64,000 nucleotides of DNA from an uncultured Alphaproteobacteria bacterium (GTDB taxonomy: Bacteria > Pseudomonadota > Alphaproteobacteria > Caulobacterales > Parvularculaceae): the NCBI GenBank assembly GCA_902826095.1, contig CADEDN010000004.1, forward strand, positions 1 through 64,000, written 5' to 3'. The notes under the pieces were generated by a model. The model saw only the letters and a program-made list of their open reading frames with translations. It ran no database searches and was not told where the DNA came from. Shown here piece after piece: positions 9,598-18,442 of the stretch; the first letter of the stretch is position 1, and each line of letters starts with the position of its first letter. The position numbers and the translations under genes were made by a program.

Positions 9598-10734
9598 ATG
9601 CTGAAAACGTATGTCGTCGCTGAAAACCAGCGCGGCCTCCTCATCAAGGACGGCCGCATCGTCCGCCTGCTCGAACCGGGCCGCCGCCAGTTCTTCGACC
9701 CGCTCGGCCGTCTCAAGGCCGAGATCGTCGACGCGCGCGGCGAGTTCAACTCTCCGTGGGCGGAGATCGTCGAAAAACGCCACCCCGCGATCGCGGCGCG
9801 GATGCTTGAGACCGTGCGCGTCAAGGAGGGAGAGGTCGCGATCGTGATGATCGACGGCGCCGCGCGCGCGATCGTGCGTCCGGGCGAAGTCCGTTATTTC
9901 TGGAAGGCGCTCGCGAAGATCGAGTCGGTGCGCGTCGACGTTAACGCCGAGCCGCGACTTGCCCGCGCCGATCTCGTCGCCTTTGAAAAGGCGGCGGGCG
10001 CGGCGCAAGCGATCGCGATCATCAATGTCGAGCCCCACGAAGCGGGTCTTGTCTATTTCGACGGGGCGCTTGTCGAGACGCTTGCGGCCGGCCGTTACGG
10101 CTATTGGCAGGTCGGGCGCAGCGTCCGCTCGAAGACGCTCGACAAGCGTCCGCTGCCGCTTGAAGTGACGGCGCAGGAGATCTTGACGAAAGACCGCGTC
10201 AGTCTGCGCGTCACCTTGACCGCTTTCGTCAAGGTGACGTCGGTCGAACAGGCGGCGGCGTCGACGCCGGACTACATGGGCCATATTTACAAGCTCGTGC
10301 AGTTCGCCGTGCGCGAAGCCGTCGGCGGACGGACGCTCGATGAAGTCCTGAACGATCGCGAAAGCGTCGACGACCAGATCGTTCGGCACGTTCGCGGCGC
10401 GCTTGGCGATGTCGGCGTCGAGGTCACCGAACTCGGCGTCAAGGACGTGATCTTGCCCGGCGACATGCGCGAGCTCATCAACCGGGTGGTCGAAGCGGAA
10501 AAGACGGCGCAGGCGAACATCATTCGCCGGCGCGAGGAAACGGCGGCGACCCGCTCGCTCCTCAACACCGCCCGGCTGATGGAGGAGAGCCCGACCTTGC
10601 TCAGGTTGAAGGAGCTTGAAGCGCTCGAACGCGTCACCGAGAAGATCGGCCGCATCGACGTGCATGCGAGCTCCGGCGAAGGCCTCAACGCGATCGTCGA
10701 TCGCCTGATCAGCCTGAAGCCGAGAGAGCAATAG
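9598..10734 (+). CDS. SPFH/band-7 (slipin/stomatin-like) domain protein
   Basis: 378 aa; TKDRVSLRVTLTAFVKV...EKTAQANIIRRREETAATRSLLNTARLMEE band-7 core and coiled coil. Confidence 0.75.
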   Translation: MLKTYVVAENQRGLLIKDGRIVRLLEPGRRQFFDPLGRLKAEIVDARGEFNSPWAEIVEKRHPAIAARMLETVRVKEGEVAIVMIDGAARAIVRPGEVRYFWKALAKIESVRVDVNAEPRLARADLVAFEKAAGAAQAIAIINVEPHEAGLVYFDGALVETLAAGRYGYWQVGRSVRSKTLDKRPLPLEVTAQEILTKDRVSLRVTLTAFVKVTSVEQAAASTPDYMGHIYKLVQFAVREAVGGRTLDEVLNDRESVDDQIVRHVRGALGDVGVEVTELGVKDVILPGDMRELINRVVEAEKTAQANIIRRREETAATRSLLNTARLMEESPTLLRLKELEALERVTEKIGRIDVHASSGEGLNAIVDRLISLKPREQ

Positions 10735-10736
10735 GA

Positions 10737-10775
10737 AACGGGGCGGCTCATCGCCGCCCCGTTTCGCCTTTCGCG
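10737..10775. terminator. bidirectional stem-loop terminator between SPFH gene and yidD
   Basis: AACGGGGCGGC-TCAT-GCCGCCCCGTT perfect hairpin followed by T-rich tract. Confidence 0.45.
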
Positions 10776-11056
10776 CCGCGCTCCGTCCTCGCCCAGTCGC
10801 CATAGCGCCACAGGCGCCAGCCATGGTCCGGCAAGGTCTCCGGAACCGGGTCGAATCCGTGCGAGCCGAACGGATGACAGCGCGCAACGCGCGACAGGCT
10901 GAGCCAGAATCCCTTCATCGCGCCATGGCGTCGAAACGCGTCTGCGGCGTAATCCGAACAGGTCGGCAAATGCCGGCAGCGCGCGCCGAGCGAATGAAAC
11001 AGCGGCGACAGCGTGCGCTTGTAGAGCCAGATGAGGGCGAGGGCGATTTTTGTCAT
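10748..11056 (-). CDS. yidD: membrane protein insertion efficiency factor YidD
   Basis: MTKIALALIWLYKRTLSPLFHSLGARCRHLPTCSDYA conserved YidD motif; start at internal ATG of the 151-aa ORF. Confidence 0.8.
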   Translation of the reverse strand: MTKIALALIWLYKRTLSPLFHSLGARCRHLPTCSDYAADAFRRHGAMKGFWLSLSRVARCHPFGSHGFDPVPETLPDHGWRLWRYGDWARTERGAKGETGRR

Positions 11057-11089
11057 GCGGGTGTGCGGATCAACTGGCGCGCTCGAATT

Positions 11090-11213
11090 CCCTCCCCTTG
11101 AAAAGGGGAGGGTAAGGGTGGGGATTGGCGCCGGTTCTGGAAAGCAAATCCTCGACGCACTGACGGCCATCGCGGCGCCAATCCCCTCTGCCCCCCTTTC
11201 CAAGGGGGGTGAA
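11090..11213. repeat. composite REP-like palindromic element (family A: CCCTCCCCTTGAAAAGGGGAGGG hairpin + GGGGATTGGCGCCG...CGGCGCCAATCCCC + CCCCCCTTTCCAAGGGGGG hairpin)
   Basis: same hairpin modules recur at 29641-29664 and 50837-50878 in opposite orientation. Confidence 0.7.
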
Positions 11214-11227
11214 GGAAGACGCCGCCC

Positions 11228-12178
11228 TTATTCAACAATCCCCAGAAACTCGTCGAGGCCGAGCGCGATGTTGAGATTCTGGATCGCCTGCACCGCGGCG
11301 CCTTTGAGGAGGTTGTCTTCCGCCGCGACGACGACGGCGCTCCCGCCGCCCTCGCCGACGTCGAAGCCGCCGATGAGAACGCCGGCGCGGTTCGCGCCGT
11401 CTTTCAGTTCCGGCGGCTCGTCCTGCAGATCGATCAGGCGTTCGGCGTCATAATATTCGTGAAAGAGCTTTTTCAGTCCCGCCTTGTCGAGCGGCGCCGC
11501 GAGCGGGACATGCGCGGTGACAAGGAGCCCGCGAAACGCCGGATGAACATGCGGGAAGAACCGCACGGGGAGGCCCAGATGCCGCGTCGCCTCTTTCTCG
11601 TGATTGTGGCCGACGAGCTTGTAGGGCATCAAATTGCCCTCCAGACGCTTTGGGTCGTTGCGCGGGCCTGGCGTCGTCCCGGCGCCCGAATAGCCGGAGA
11701 CGCCAAAGATCGCCGGCGCTCCCTCGACCATGGGGACGAGCGGCGCGACCGCGAGCTGCAGCGCGGTCGCGTAACAGCCGGGATTGGCGATCCGCGTCTT
11801 GCCCCTGATCTTCGCGCGATGAAGCTCGGGGAGCCCGTAGGCCCATTGATCGTCAAACCGTCTGTCGGCGGAGAGATCGACGATGACCGTCTCCTTCGCG
11901 GACGCCTCGAACGCGTCGACATAAGGGCCGCCGGCGCCGTCAGGGAGCGCGAGGATCACCGCATCGACCCGGCGACGCGCGGCCTCCTTCGGATCGAGCG
12001 CTTCAAAAATGCACTCATCCTTGTCCTCGGGCGCGATCTCGGAGACTTTCCGGCCGGCGAATTCGCGGCTGACCGCATAGGCGAGCATCATCTCCGGATG
12101 GCCGGAGATCAGGCGAATGAGTTCGCGGCCCGTGTGGCCGCGGGCGCCGACAAGGCCGATGAGGTAGGGTTCGGTCAT
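11228..12178 (-). CDS. argC: N-acetyl-gamma-glutamyl-phosphate reductase
   Basis: MTEPYLIGLVGARGHTGRELIRLISGHP... NAD-binding N-terminus and catalytic Cys region of short-form ArgC. Confidence 0.9.
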   Translation of the reverse strand: MTEPYLIGLVGARGHTGRELIRLISGHPEMMLAYAVSREFAGRKVSEIAPEDKDECIFEALDPKEAARRRVDAVILALPDGAGGPYVDAFEASAKETVIVDLSADRRFDDQWAYGLPELHRAKIRGKTRIANPGCYATALQLAVAPLVPMVEGAPAIFGVSGYSGAGTTPGPRNDPKRLEGNLMPYKLVGHNHEKEATRHLGLPVRFFPHVHPAFRGLLVTAHVPLAAPLDKAGLKKLFHEYYDAERLIDLQDEPPELKDGANRAGVLIGGFDVGEGGGSAVVVAAEDNLLKGAAVQAIQNLNIALGLDEFLGIVE

Positions 12179-12189
12179 GGTCTGGGGGT

Positions 12190-12216
12190 TGGTGGCTAGT
12201 GGTTAGTGGTTAGTGG
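12190..12216. repeat. heptad tandem repeat (GTGGCTA/GTGGTTA x3-4), left inverted flank of four-helix-bundle cassette
   Basis: GGTGGCTAGTGGTTAGTGGTTAGTGGT; reverse-complement array at 12594-12659. Confidence 0.7.
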
Positions 12217-12597
12217 TCATAGACGGGCATTCAACGATTTCGAAAGACCAGACAACATCCTTCCGATCTCGTCCGCGGAATGGCGCAGTTTGTCAGATTG
12301 CTGGCCGTCAAGATACCGAAGACGGGCGGCGAGGATCACGAAGGTCTTCGTTTCCGCCAAAGAGCCTCTCGCGATGGAGACGAAACGCAGAAAATCCTTT
12401 GTTCCGTCTCGTTCTGCGCCCTCGGCGATATTCGCCGCAATGGATATTGCGGAGCGGCGAATTTGTTGTGTAAGGCCGAATCGCTCGTCCGCTGGCCAGG
12501 CTTTTGAGGACTCGTACACGACTTCGGCAAAGTCGACCGCTTTGCACCAGACCTGCAATTCCTCGTAACTCTTCGCCATGCCTGCGTTGCCCGCCAC
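12217..12597 (-). CDS. four-helix-bundle protein (rRNA intervening-sequence-type protein)
   Basis: YEELQVWCKAVDFAEVVYESSKAWPADERFGLTQQIRRSAISIAANIAEGAER...RGSLAETKTFV signature of the IVS four-helix-bundle family. Confidence 0.8.
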   Translation of the reverse strand: MAGNAGMAKSYEELQVWCKAVDFAEVVYESSKAWPADERFGLTQQIRRSAISIAANIAEGAERDGTKDFLRFVSIARGSLAETKTFVILAARLRYLDGQQSDKLRHSADEIGRMLSGLSKSLNARL

Positions 12598-12659
12598 CAG
12601 CCACTAGCCACTGACCACTAGCCACCGGCCGCTAGCCACTGACCACCGACCACCGAACA
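12594..12659. repeat. heptad tandem repeat array (CCACTAG/CCACTGA...), right inverted flank of four-helix-bundle cassette
   Basis: CCACCAGCCACTAGCCACTGACCACTAGCCACC...GCCACTGACCACCGACCACCGAACAC, reverse complement of 12190-12216 style repeats. Confidence 0.7.
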
Positions 12660-13979
12660 CTAATCCTCAAACGACGCCGGCAGCGCCGCCACCCGATCGA
12701 CGATGCGGGCGATCCTCGCGAAATCCGTCTCGCCGATCCAGTAGACGGTCCACGGCCCGCGCTTCACCGAGCCGGTCGCCGCGTCATTGTAGAAGGCGTT
12801 GAAATTGTTGACGGTGCGCGAGCGCCACCAGAAGACCGGGTTCTGCTTGGTGAACTGGCGCCAGATCGTGCGCGAGAGGCCCTCGCCGCGCGCCTCTTCC
12901 GTCACCGCGAATTTGTCGAGATAAACGAAATCGTCGATCTTTGTCAGGATCGCGCCGGCGCGGTATTTCTCCGACATGAAGACCTGGTGGATGTCGAGGT
13001 TTTCCCACCAGCCGCGTCTGAGCTTGCGGCCGAACGCGGTCTCGACCAGCGCCTCCGCCTTGTCGCGATCCAGTCTTGTCTTCGACGTGAAAGTGCGGAT
13101 CGCTTCGCCCTGGCGGATCAAGGTGCCGGAGCCGCCATGGGTGAAGAGTTCGCGCACAAGGCCCTTTGGCGTCGTGATCGACACTGACGAGGTGAGCGGC
13201 AGGGCGTCGAGCAGCTTCTTGATCTCCTGAAGCTTCAGACGCATGCCGCCGGCGACCCAGTCGGCCTTCATCAGCTTGTCATAGTCCGACGCGAGGTTGA
13301 TCGAATGCATCGGCCGCTTGTGCCTGTCGAGGAGACCGCCGGTTCCGGTGAGGAAGACGACCTTCAGCGGCTGCAGCGCCGCAACGACCGCGCGCGTCGC
13401 CGAATCGCCGTTGATGTTGAGCAGCTGCCCGCCGGGCGCGATGCCAAGGCAGGTCATGATCGGCACCGCGCCCGATTTGACGATCGAGGTCAGCATGCCG
13501 AGGCGGATATTCGTCGGCTCACCGACAAAGCCGTATTTCGCCTTGTCGAGATAATCGGCCTCGATGACGCCGGCGACGATGCCGTCCGCCTCGACGCCTT
13601 CGGCGCGGACCGCCTCGACCAGCTTGATGTTCTCGCCGATGAAAACGTCGCGCGCCGCGTCCATCGTCGCCGCGTCGGTGACGCGCAGCCCGTCGATCTT
13701 CGGCGTCTCGATCCCGCGCTCTTTCAAGACCGCGTCAAGCTGCGGCCCGCCGCCGTGAATGACGATCGGCGTCAAGCCGACCGTGTGCAGGAAAGCGAGC
13801 GCGTCCGCCGTCTCCTGCAGCTGCTCCTGCAAGATCGCGCCGCCGATCTTGATGACGGCGAAGCGCGACTGATCGATCGAGGAAAAACGCTGGAGATAAT
13901 TCCGGATCTCCTTCCCGTCCTGCATGTTGGAAAGAAGCTGAACGATCGTCTGGCGCGTAGAGAGGGAGGGGGCGGTCAT
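12660..13979 (-). CDS. bifunctional N-acetylglutamate synthase/kinase (vertebrate-like NAGS/K, amino-acid-kinase domain + C-terminal NAT domain)
   Basis: 439 aa; AAK fold (AVIKIGGAIL...VIHGGGPQ) plus C-terminal DUF619-like acetyltransferase region; resembles Xanthomonas/Maricaulis ArgA/B. Confidence 0.7.
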   Translation of the reverse strand: MTAPSLSTRQTIVQLLSNMQDGKEIRNYLQRFSSIDQSRFAVIKIGGAILQEQLQETADALAFLHTVGLTPIVIHGGGPQLDAVLKERGIETPKIDGLRVTDAATMDAARDVFIGENIKLVEAVRAEGVEADGIVAGVIEADYLDKAKYGFVGEPTNIRLGMLTSIVKSGAVPIMTCLGIAPGGQLLNINGDSATRAVVAALQPLKVVFLTGTGGLLDRHKRPMHSINLASDYDKLMKADWVAGGMRLKLQEIKKLLDALPLTSSVSITTPKGLVRELFTHGGSGTLIRQGEAIRTFTSKTRLDRDKAEALVETAFGRKLRRGWWENLDIHQVFMSEKYRAGAILTKIDDFVYLDKFAVTEEARGEGLSRTIWRQFTKQNPVFWWRSRTVNNFNAFYNDAATGSVKRGPWTVYWIGETDFARIARIVDRVAALPASFED

Positions 13980-14461
13980 TCGGCTGGTCTCGCCACAGGC
14001 TTCGCCTCATCCTGAGGAGCGCATCGAAGAGGCGCGTCGCGAAGGATGCCCGCGGCGGCGCCTTTGGTGACGTCGCTTTGCTGCTCCTCAGGGTGAGGCG
14101 AAACAGAACCGGCCTCATCCTGAGGAGCCTCGCGCAGCGAGGCGTCGCGAAGGATGCTTGCGGGGCGGACCCCGCGCCGCGAAAGCGCCTTCAACGCGGC
14201 CGCATCGCCGCGGACGAGCGCCTCCTTCTTGGCGCGGCTCCAGCCCTTCGATTGCCGCTCGGTCCGGATCGCATCGAACGCATTGGTGAAATAGTCCGAC
14301 CAGACGAGGTCGACCGGGCGGCGCTTGAACGTGTAGGCGGTTGGATGTTTCCCCGCATTGTGCTCGCCGACGCGCCACATCAGATCATGCCCCCGATAGC
14401 TGCCGACATAATACGATCCGTCGGCGCAGCGCAGCATGTAGACGAAGAGATCGTGCTTCAT
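13976..14461 (-). CDS. GIY-YIG nuclease family protein (core ~95 aa; C-terminal 60 aa is read-through of REP hairpins)
   Basis: FVYMLRCADGSYYVGSYRGHDLMWRVGEHN GIY-YIG motif; C-terminus encoded by repeated CCTCATCCTGAGGAG palindromes. Confidence 0.7.
   Translation of the reverse strand: MKHDLFVYMLRCADGSYYVGSYRGHDLMWRVGEHNAGKHPTAYTFKRRPVDLVWSDYFTNAFDAIRTERQSKGWSRAKKEALVRGDAAALKALSRRGVRPASILRDASLREAPQDEAGSVSPHPEEQQSDVTKGAAAGILRDAPLRCAPQDEAKPVARPAE
14111..14160. repeat. ~50-bp inverted terminal repeat (left) of GIY-YIG cassette: GCCTCATCCTGAGGAGC...CGTCGCGAAGGATGC
   Basis: inverted copy at 14458-14510 abuts GIY-YIG start codon; extra direct copy at 14002-14050. Confidence 0.65.
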
Positions 14462-14510
14462 CGATCATCCTTCGCGACGCGCCGCTTCGCGGCGCTCCTC
14501 AGGATGAGGC
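14458..14510. repeat. ~50-bp inverted terminal repeat (right) of GIY-YIG cassette
   Basis: CATCCTTCGCGACGCGCC...GCGCTCCTCAGGATGAGGC is the reverse complement of 14111-14160. Confidence 0.65.
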
Positions 14511-14544
14511 TTTCCCCTTGTCGCAACGATCGCCGCGAGCGCCC

Positions 14545-15555
14545 TCACCCCGCCAGCGCCTTCATGATCGCCTTTTGCACATGCAGGCGGTTTTCGGCCT
14601 CGTCATAGGCGATGCAGTTCTTCGAATCGAAGACCGCGTCGGTCATCTTGACGTTGCGGCGCATGGGGAGGCAGTGCGAGACGAGCGCGTCATCAGTCAT
14701 CGCCATCTTCTTTTCGTCGACGATGAAATGGCGGAAGCGGTCGCGGATCGCTTTTTCCGGCTCCCAGTTTCCGAAGAACGGCAAGGCGCCCCAGCTCTTG
14801 CAATAGACGATTTCGGCGCCGTCATAGGCCTCTTCGATGTCATGGGTGATCGTCAGCGCATGGCCGTTGGCGCCGCAATCCTTCGTCGCCTGCTCGATAT
14901 AGCGGTCGTCGAGAATGTAGTCCTCGGTCGGGCAGAGCAGCGTCACTTTCATCCCGAATTTCGCCGCCGCCATCAGCGCCGAATTGGCGACGGCGGTGTT
15001 CAAGGGCTTTGGATGATAGGTCCAGGTCAGCACATATTTCTTGCCGTCGAGCGGTCCGCGCCCGGCCTGCTCGAAGCGCTCCTTCAAGGCGAGGATATGC
15101 GCCATCTCCTGGCAGGGATGGGTGATCGTCTCGAGATTGATGACGGGGACGTCCGACCAGCGGGCGATCGCCTTCAGCACGCGGTCTTCCCGATCCTCGG
15201 CCCAGTTCTGGAATTTCGGAAAGGATCTGACGCCGATCAAGTCGGCGTAGCGCGAGAGGACCTTCGTCGCCTCCTTCACATGCTCTTCCGCCTCGCCGAG
15301 CATCACCGCGCCGTCCGCAAACTCCAGCGGCCACATGCCGCCGGTCGGGGAAAGGACGACCGCATGGCCGCCGAGCTGCGTCGCGCCGATGTCGAACGAG
15401 GTTCTGGTCCTCAAGCTGTTGTTGAAAAAGAGCAGCGCGATCGTCTTGTCCTTGAGGGCGTCGCCGATCGGGGATTTCTTCAGGCGCCGGGCGTCGGCGA
15501 GCATCGCCTCAAGCTCGGCTCTCGACCAGTCGGCGGTGTTCAGGAAATGTCTCAT
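14545..15555 (-). CDS. argF': N-acetylornithine carbamoyltransferase (AOTCase, ArgF')
   Basis: MRHFLNTADWSRAELEAML...FFNNSLRTRTSF...ITHPCQEMAH...HCLPMRRN; near-collinear with remembered Xanthomonas AOTCase. Confidence 0.8.
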   Translation of the reverse strand: MRHFLNTADWSRAELEAMLADARRLKKSPIGDALKDKTIALLFFNNSLRTRTSFDIGATQLGGHAVVLSPTGGMWPLEFADGAVMLGEAEEHVKEATKVLSRYADLIGVRSFPKFQNWAEDREDRVLKAIARWSDVPVINLETITHPCQEMAHILALKERFEQAGRGPLDGKKYVLTWTYHPKPLNTAVANSALMAAAKFGMKVTLLCPTEDYILDDRYIEQATKDCGANGHALTITHDIEEAYDGAEIVYCKSWGALPFFGNWEPEKAIRDRFRHFIVDEKKMAMTDDALVSHCLPMRRNVKMTDAVFDSKNCIAYDEAENRLHVQKAIMKALAG

Positions 15556-15706
15556 CGGCCGCGTTTATCAGATGAGATCGCGCTTCGCCATGGGACGCGC
15601 CGGGGGGCGGCGGCGGCGCCGTCGGCGCGGCGTTTCTTTCACAGCGGTTGAACCCGACGCCGCCGACGCTCTAGAAGCGGGCCGACGCTGAGAGAGGCTC
15701 GCCCGC

Positions 15707-18310
15707 ATGCGGACTGACGCCGACCGCAAACCTGTTCGCCGCGAAGATTATCGCCCCTGCGATTACAAGATCACGCACGCCGATTTCTATTTTTCGCTCG
15801 ACCCCAAACGGACGACCGTCAAATCGCGGCTGACGATCCGCCGGGCGCCGGGCGCGGCGGCGGACGCGCCGCTGGTGCTGAACGGCGAGATGATCGAACT
15901 TCTCTCGCTGGCGCTCGATGAAGACCCGATCCCGCCGTCGCGCTATGAACGCGCCGACGAGACCTTGACGATCCGCGGCCTGCCCGCCGAATTCACGCTC
16001 GACGTCGAGACCGCCTGCGCGCCGGAGGCGAATGACGCGCTCTCCGGGCTCTATCTTTCAAACGGCATGTTCTGCACGCAATGCGAAGCCGAAGGCTTTC
16101 GCCGCATCACCTATTATCTTGACCGGCCCGACGTCCTCGCGAAATTCTCGGTGCGGATCGAAGCCGACAAGCGCGCCTATCCGGTCCTGCTTTCGAACGG
16201 CAACAAGCTCGCCGAGGGCGATCTGCCCGGCGGTCGGCATTTCGCGCAATGGGCGGACCCGCACCCGAAGCCTTGCTATCTCTTCGCGCTGGTCGGCGGC
16301 GATCTCGTCGCGGCGGAAGACGAATTCACGACGCGCTCGGGACGGAAGATCGCGCTCAAGGTCTTCGTACAGGCGAAGAACATCGACAAATGCGGCTACA
16401 CGCTCGATTCGCTAAAGCGCGCGATGCGGTGGGACGAGGAGGCGTTCGGCCGCGAATATGATCTCGACGTCTTCATGATCGTCGCCGTCGACCATTTCAA
16501 TTTCGGCGCGATGGAGAACAAGGGCCTCAACATCTTCAATTCCGCCTATGTGCTGGCGAGCCCGGAGACCGCGACCGACGCCGATTATCAGGCGATCGAA
16601 TCGATCGTCGCGCATGAGTATTTTCACAACTGGTCCGGCAACCGTGTCACCTGCCGCGACTGGTTCCAGCTCTGCCTCAAGGAAGGCTTCACCGTCTTTC
16701 GCGACCAGGAATTCTCCGCCGACATGCGCTCGCGCGCCGTGCAGCGGATCAAGGATGTCCGTCGCCTGTGGGCGCAGCAATTCCCGGAGGACGCGGGGCC
16801 CCTCGCCCATCCGGTTCGCCCGGAAAGCTTCATCACCATCGACAATTTTTACACGGCGACTGTCTACGAAAAAGGCGCGGAGCTTTGCCGAATGATCCGG
16901 ACGATCGTCGGCGCGGAGAATTTCCGCAAGGGCGCCGATCTCTATTTCTCGCGCCATGACGGCGAGGCCGCGACTGTCGACCAGTTTGTGAAGGCGATCG
17001 AAGATGCGAGCGGCGAGGACCTTGCGCAGTTCCGCCTTTGGTATTCGGACGCCGGAACGCCGTCGATCCGCGTGAAAGAGAAATTCGACAGCGCCGGCGC
17101 CTATCGGCTGACGCTGTCGCAATCGACGAAGCCGACGCCGGGGCAAACCGAAAAGCCGCCGCGTGACATTCCGGTCGCGTTCGCGCTGATCGGCGCGCGG
17201 ACCGGCGCTGTGCTTGAGGAAGGCGTCATCCGGTTGCGCGAGGCCGAGACGACGAAGAATTTCGGTCCGTTCCGCGATCGTCCCATCGCCTCGCTGCTGC
17301 GGTTTTTTTCGGCGCCGGCGACGCTCGACCAATCCTTGAGCCTCGATGATCGCCTCGCGATCGCAAAATCCGAACCCGATCTCTTCGCGCGCTGGTCGGC
17401 GACCGACGCGCTCTGGCGCGACCTCTGCCTTGCTTTCGCCGGCGATCGCGAGATGGCGGACCGCGAGGCGACGCTCGCCCGCTTTTCAAAGGCGCTCGGC
17501 GCCAGCATCGACAGCGCCCGCCATGATCCCGCTTTCGCGGCGGAACTTCTCAAGGCGCCGAGCGAGGCCGAACTCGCCCAGCACGCGTCGGTCATCGATC
17601 CGGCCAAGATCGCGAGCGGGCGCAAGCGCGTGCGCGAGGCTGTCGCATCGGCGCTGAAGGACCAGTTCGCGGCGATCTATCGCGACCTCGCGACCAACCA
17701 ACCCTACGATCCTTCGGCGCCCTGCGCGGGCCGGCGGTCGCTGCGCAACGGAGCGATGGCGCTTCTCGTCGCCGCCGGCGAATTCGGTCTTGCCGAGGCG
17801 CAGGCGGCGAGCGCCGCCAACATGACCGATGAAGCCGCCGCCGTCTCCGCGCTCGCGACATCCGAGGCGCCCGGCCGCGAGGCGGCGCTGCAGCGCTTTT
17901 ACATGAAATGGCGCGCCGACACGCTCGTCGCCAACAAATGGCTCGGCTGGCGGGCGATGGCGCCGTCGGATCGCGCGCTCGACGAAGTGCGCGCGCTCCT
18001 CGATCACGAGGCGTATGATCCCAAAAACCCCAACAAGGTTCGCGCGCTCATCGGCGTCTTCGCCGCCCAGAACCTCGCCGGCTTTCACCGCGCCGGCGGC
18101 GAGGGCTATCAGTTCTTCGCCGACCAGCTCCTTGCGATCGACAAGGCGAACCCGCAGCTGGCGGCGCGGCTGACGACGTCGCTCGAAAGCTGGCGGCGGC
18201 TGGAGCCCGTGCGCCGGCGCCATGCGGAGGCGTCGCTGAAGCGGGTCGTTGCGGCGCCGAACCTCTCGTCCAATCTCTTTGAAATGGCGTCGCGCCTTAT
18301 CGCCGATTAA
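15707..18310 (+). CDS. pepN: aminopeptidase N
   Basis: GAMENKGLNIFN and HEYFHNWSGNRVTCRDWFQLCLKEGFTVFRDQEF gluzincin motifs; 867 aa. Confidence 0.9.
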   Translation: MRTDADRKPVRREDYRPCDYKITHADFYFSLDPKRTTVKSRLTIRRAPGAAADAPLVLNGEMIELLSLALDEDPIPPSRYERADETLTIRGLPAEFTLDVETACAPEANDALSGLYLSNGMFCTQCEAEGFRRITYYLDRPDVLAKFSVRIEADKRAYPVLLSNGNKLAEGDLPGGRHFAQWADPHPKPCYLFALVGGDLVAAEDEFTTRSGRKIALKVFVQAKNIDKCGYTLDSLKRAMRWDEEAFGREYDLDVFMIVAVDHFNFGAMENKGLNIFNSAYVLASPETATDADYQAIESIVAHEYFHNWSGNRVTCRDWFQLCLKEGFTVFRDQEFSADMRSRAVQRIKDVRRLWAQQFPEDAGPLAHPVRPESFITIDNFYTATVYEKGAELCRMIRTIVGAENFRKGADLYFSRHDGEAATVDQFVKAIEDASGEDLAQFRLWYSDAGTPSIRVKEKFDSAGAYRLTLSQSTKPTPGQTEKPPRDIPVAFALIGARTGAVLEEGVIRLREAETTKNFGPFRDRPIASLLRFFSAPATLDQSLSLDDRLAIAKSEPDLFARWSATDALWRDLCLAFAGDREMADREATLARFSKALGASIDSARHDPAFAAELLKAPSEAELAQHASVIDPAKIASGRKRVREAVASALKDQFAAIYRDLATNQPYDPSAPCAGRRSLRNGAMALLVAAGEFGLAEAQAASAANMTDEAAAVSALATSEAPGREAALQRFYMKWRADTLVANKWLGWRAMAPSDRALDEVRALLDHEAYDPKNPNKVRALIGVFAAQNLAGFHRAGGEGYQFFADQLLAIDKANPQLAARLTTSLESWRRLEPVRRRHAEASLKRVVAAPNLSSNLFEMASRLIAD

Positions 18311-18388
18311 TGTTCGGCCGCGCTGATTCGCGCGTGACAGCCGGACCCGAATGGGAATAGTTTCAAATTCGTAAACGGTCGGCCCCCT

Positions 18389-18412
18389 TGCGGGGCCTTT
18401 CCCTTGAATCCG
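18389..18412 (+). terminator. rho-independent terminator candidate after pepN
   Basis: GGCCCC-CTTG-CGGGGCC hairpin followed by TTTCCCTT. Confidence 0.4.
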
Positions 18413-18442
18413 GCATTTCGGCGAACATTAGGGCGATAGCGT

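Noticed and set aside
9289-10887. 532-aa minus-strand ORF
   Set aside because: Antisense to the well-supported SPFH/band-7 gene. It is Arg/Ala-rich with no motifs, a typical high-GC spurious frame.
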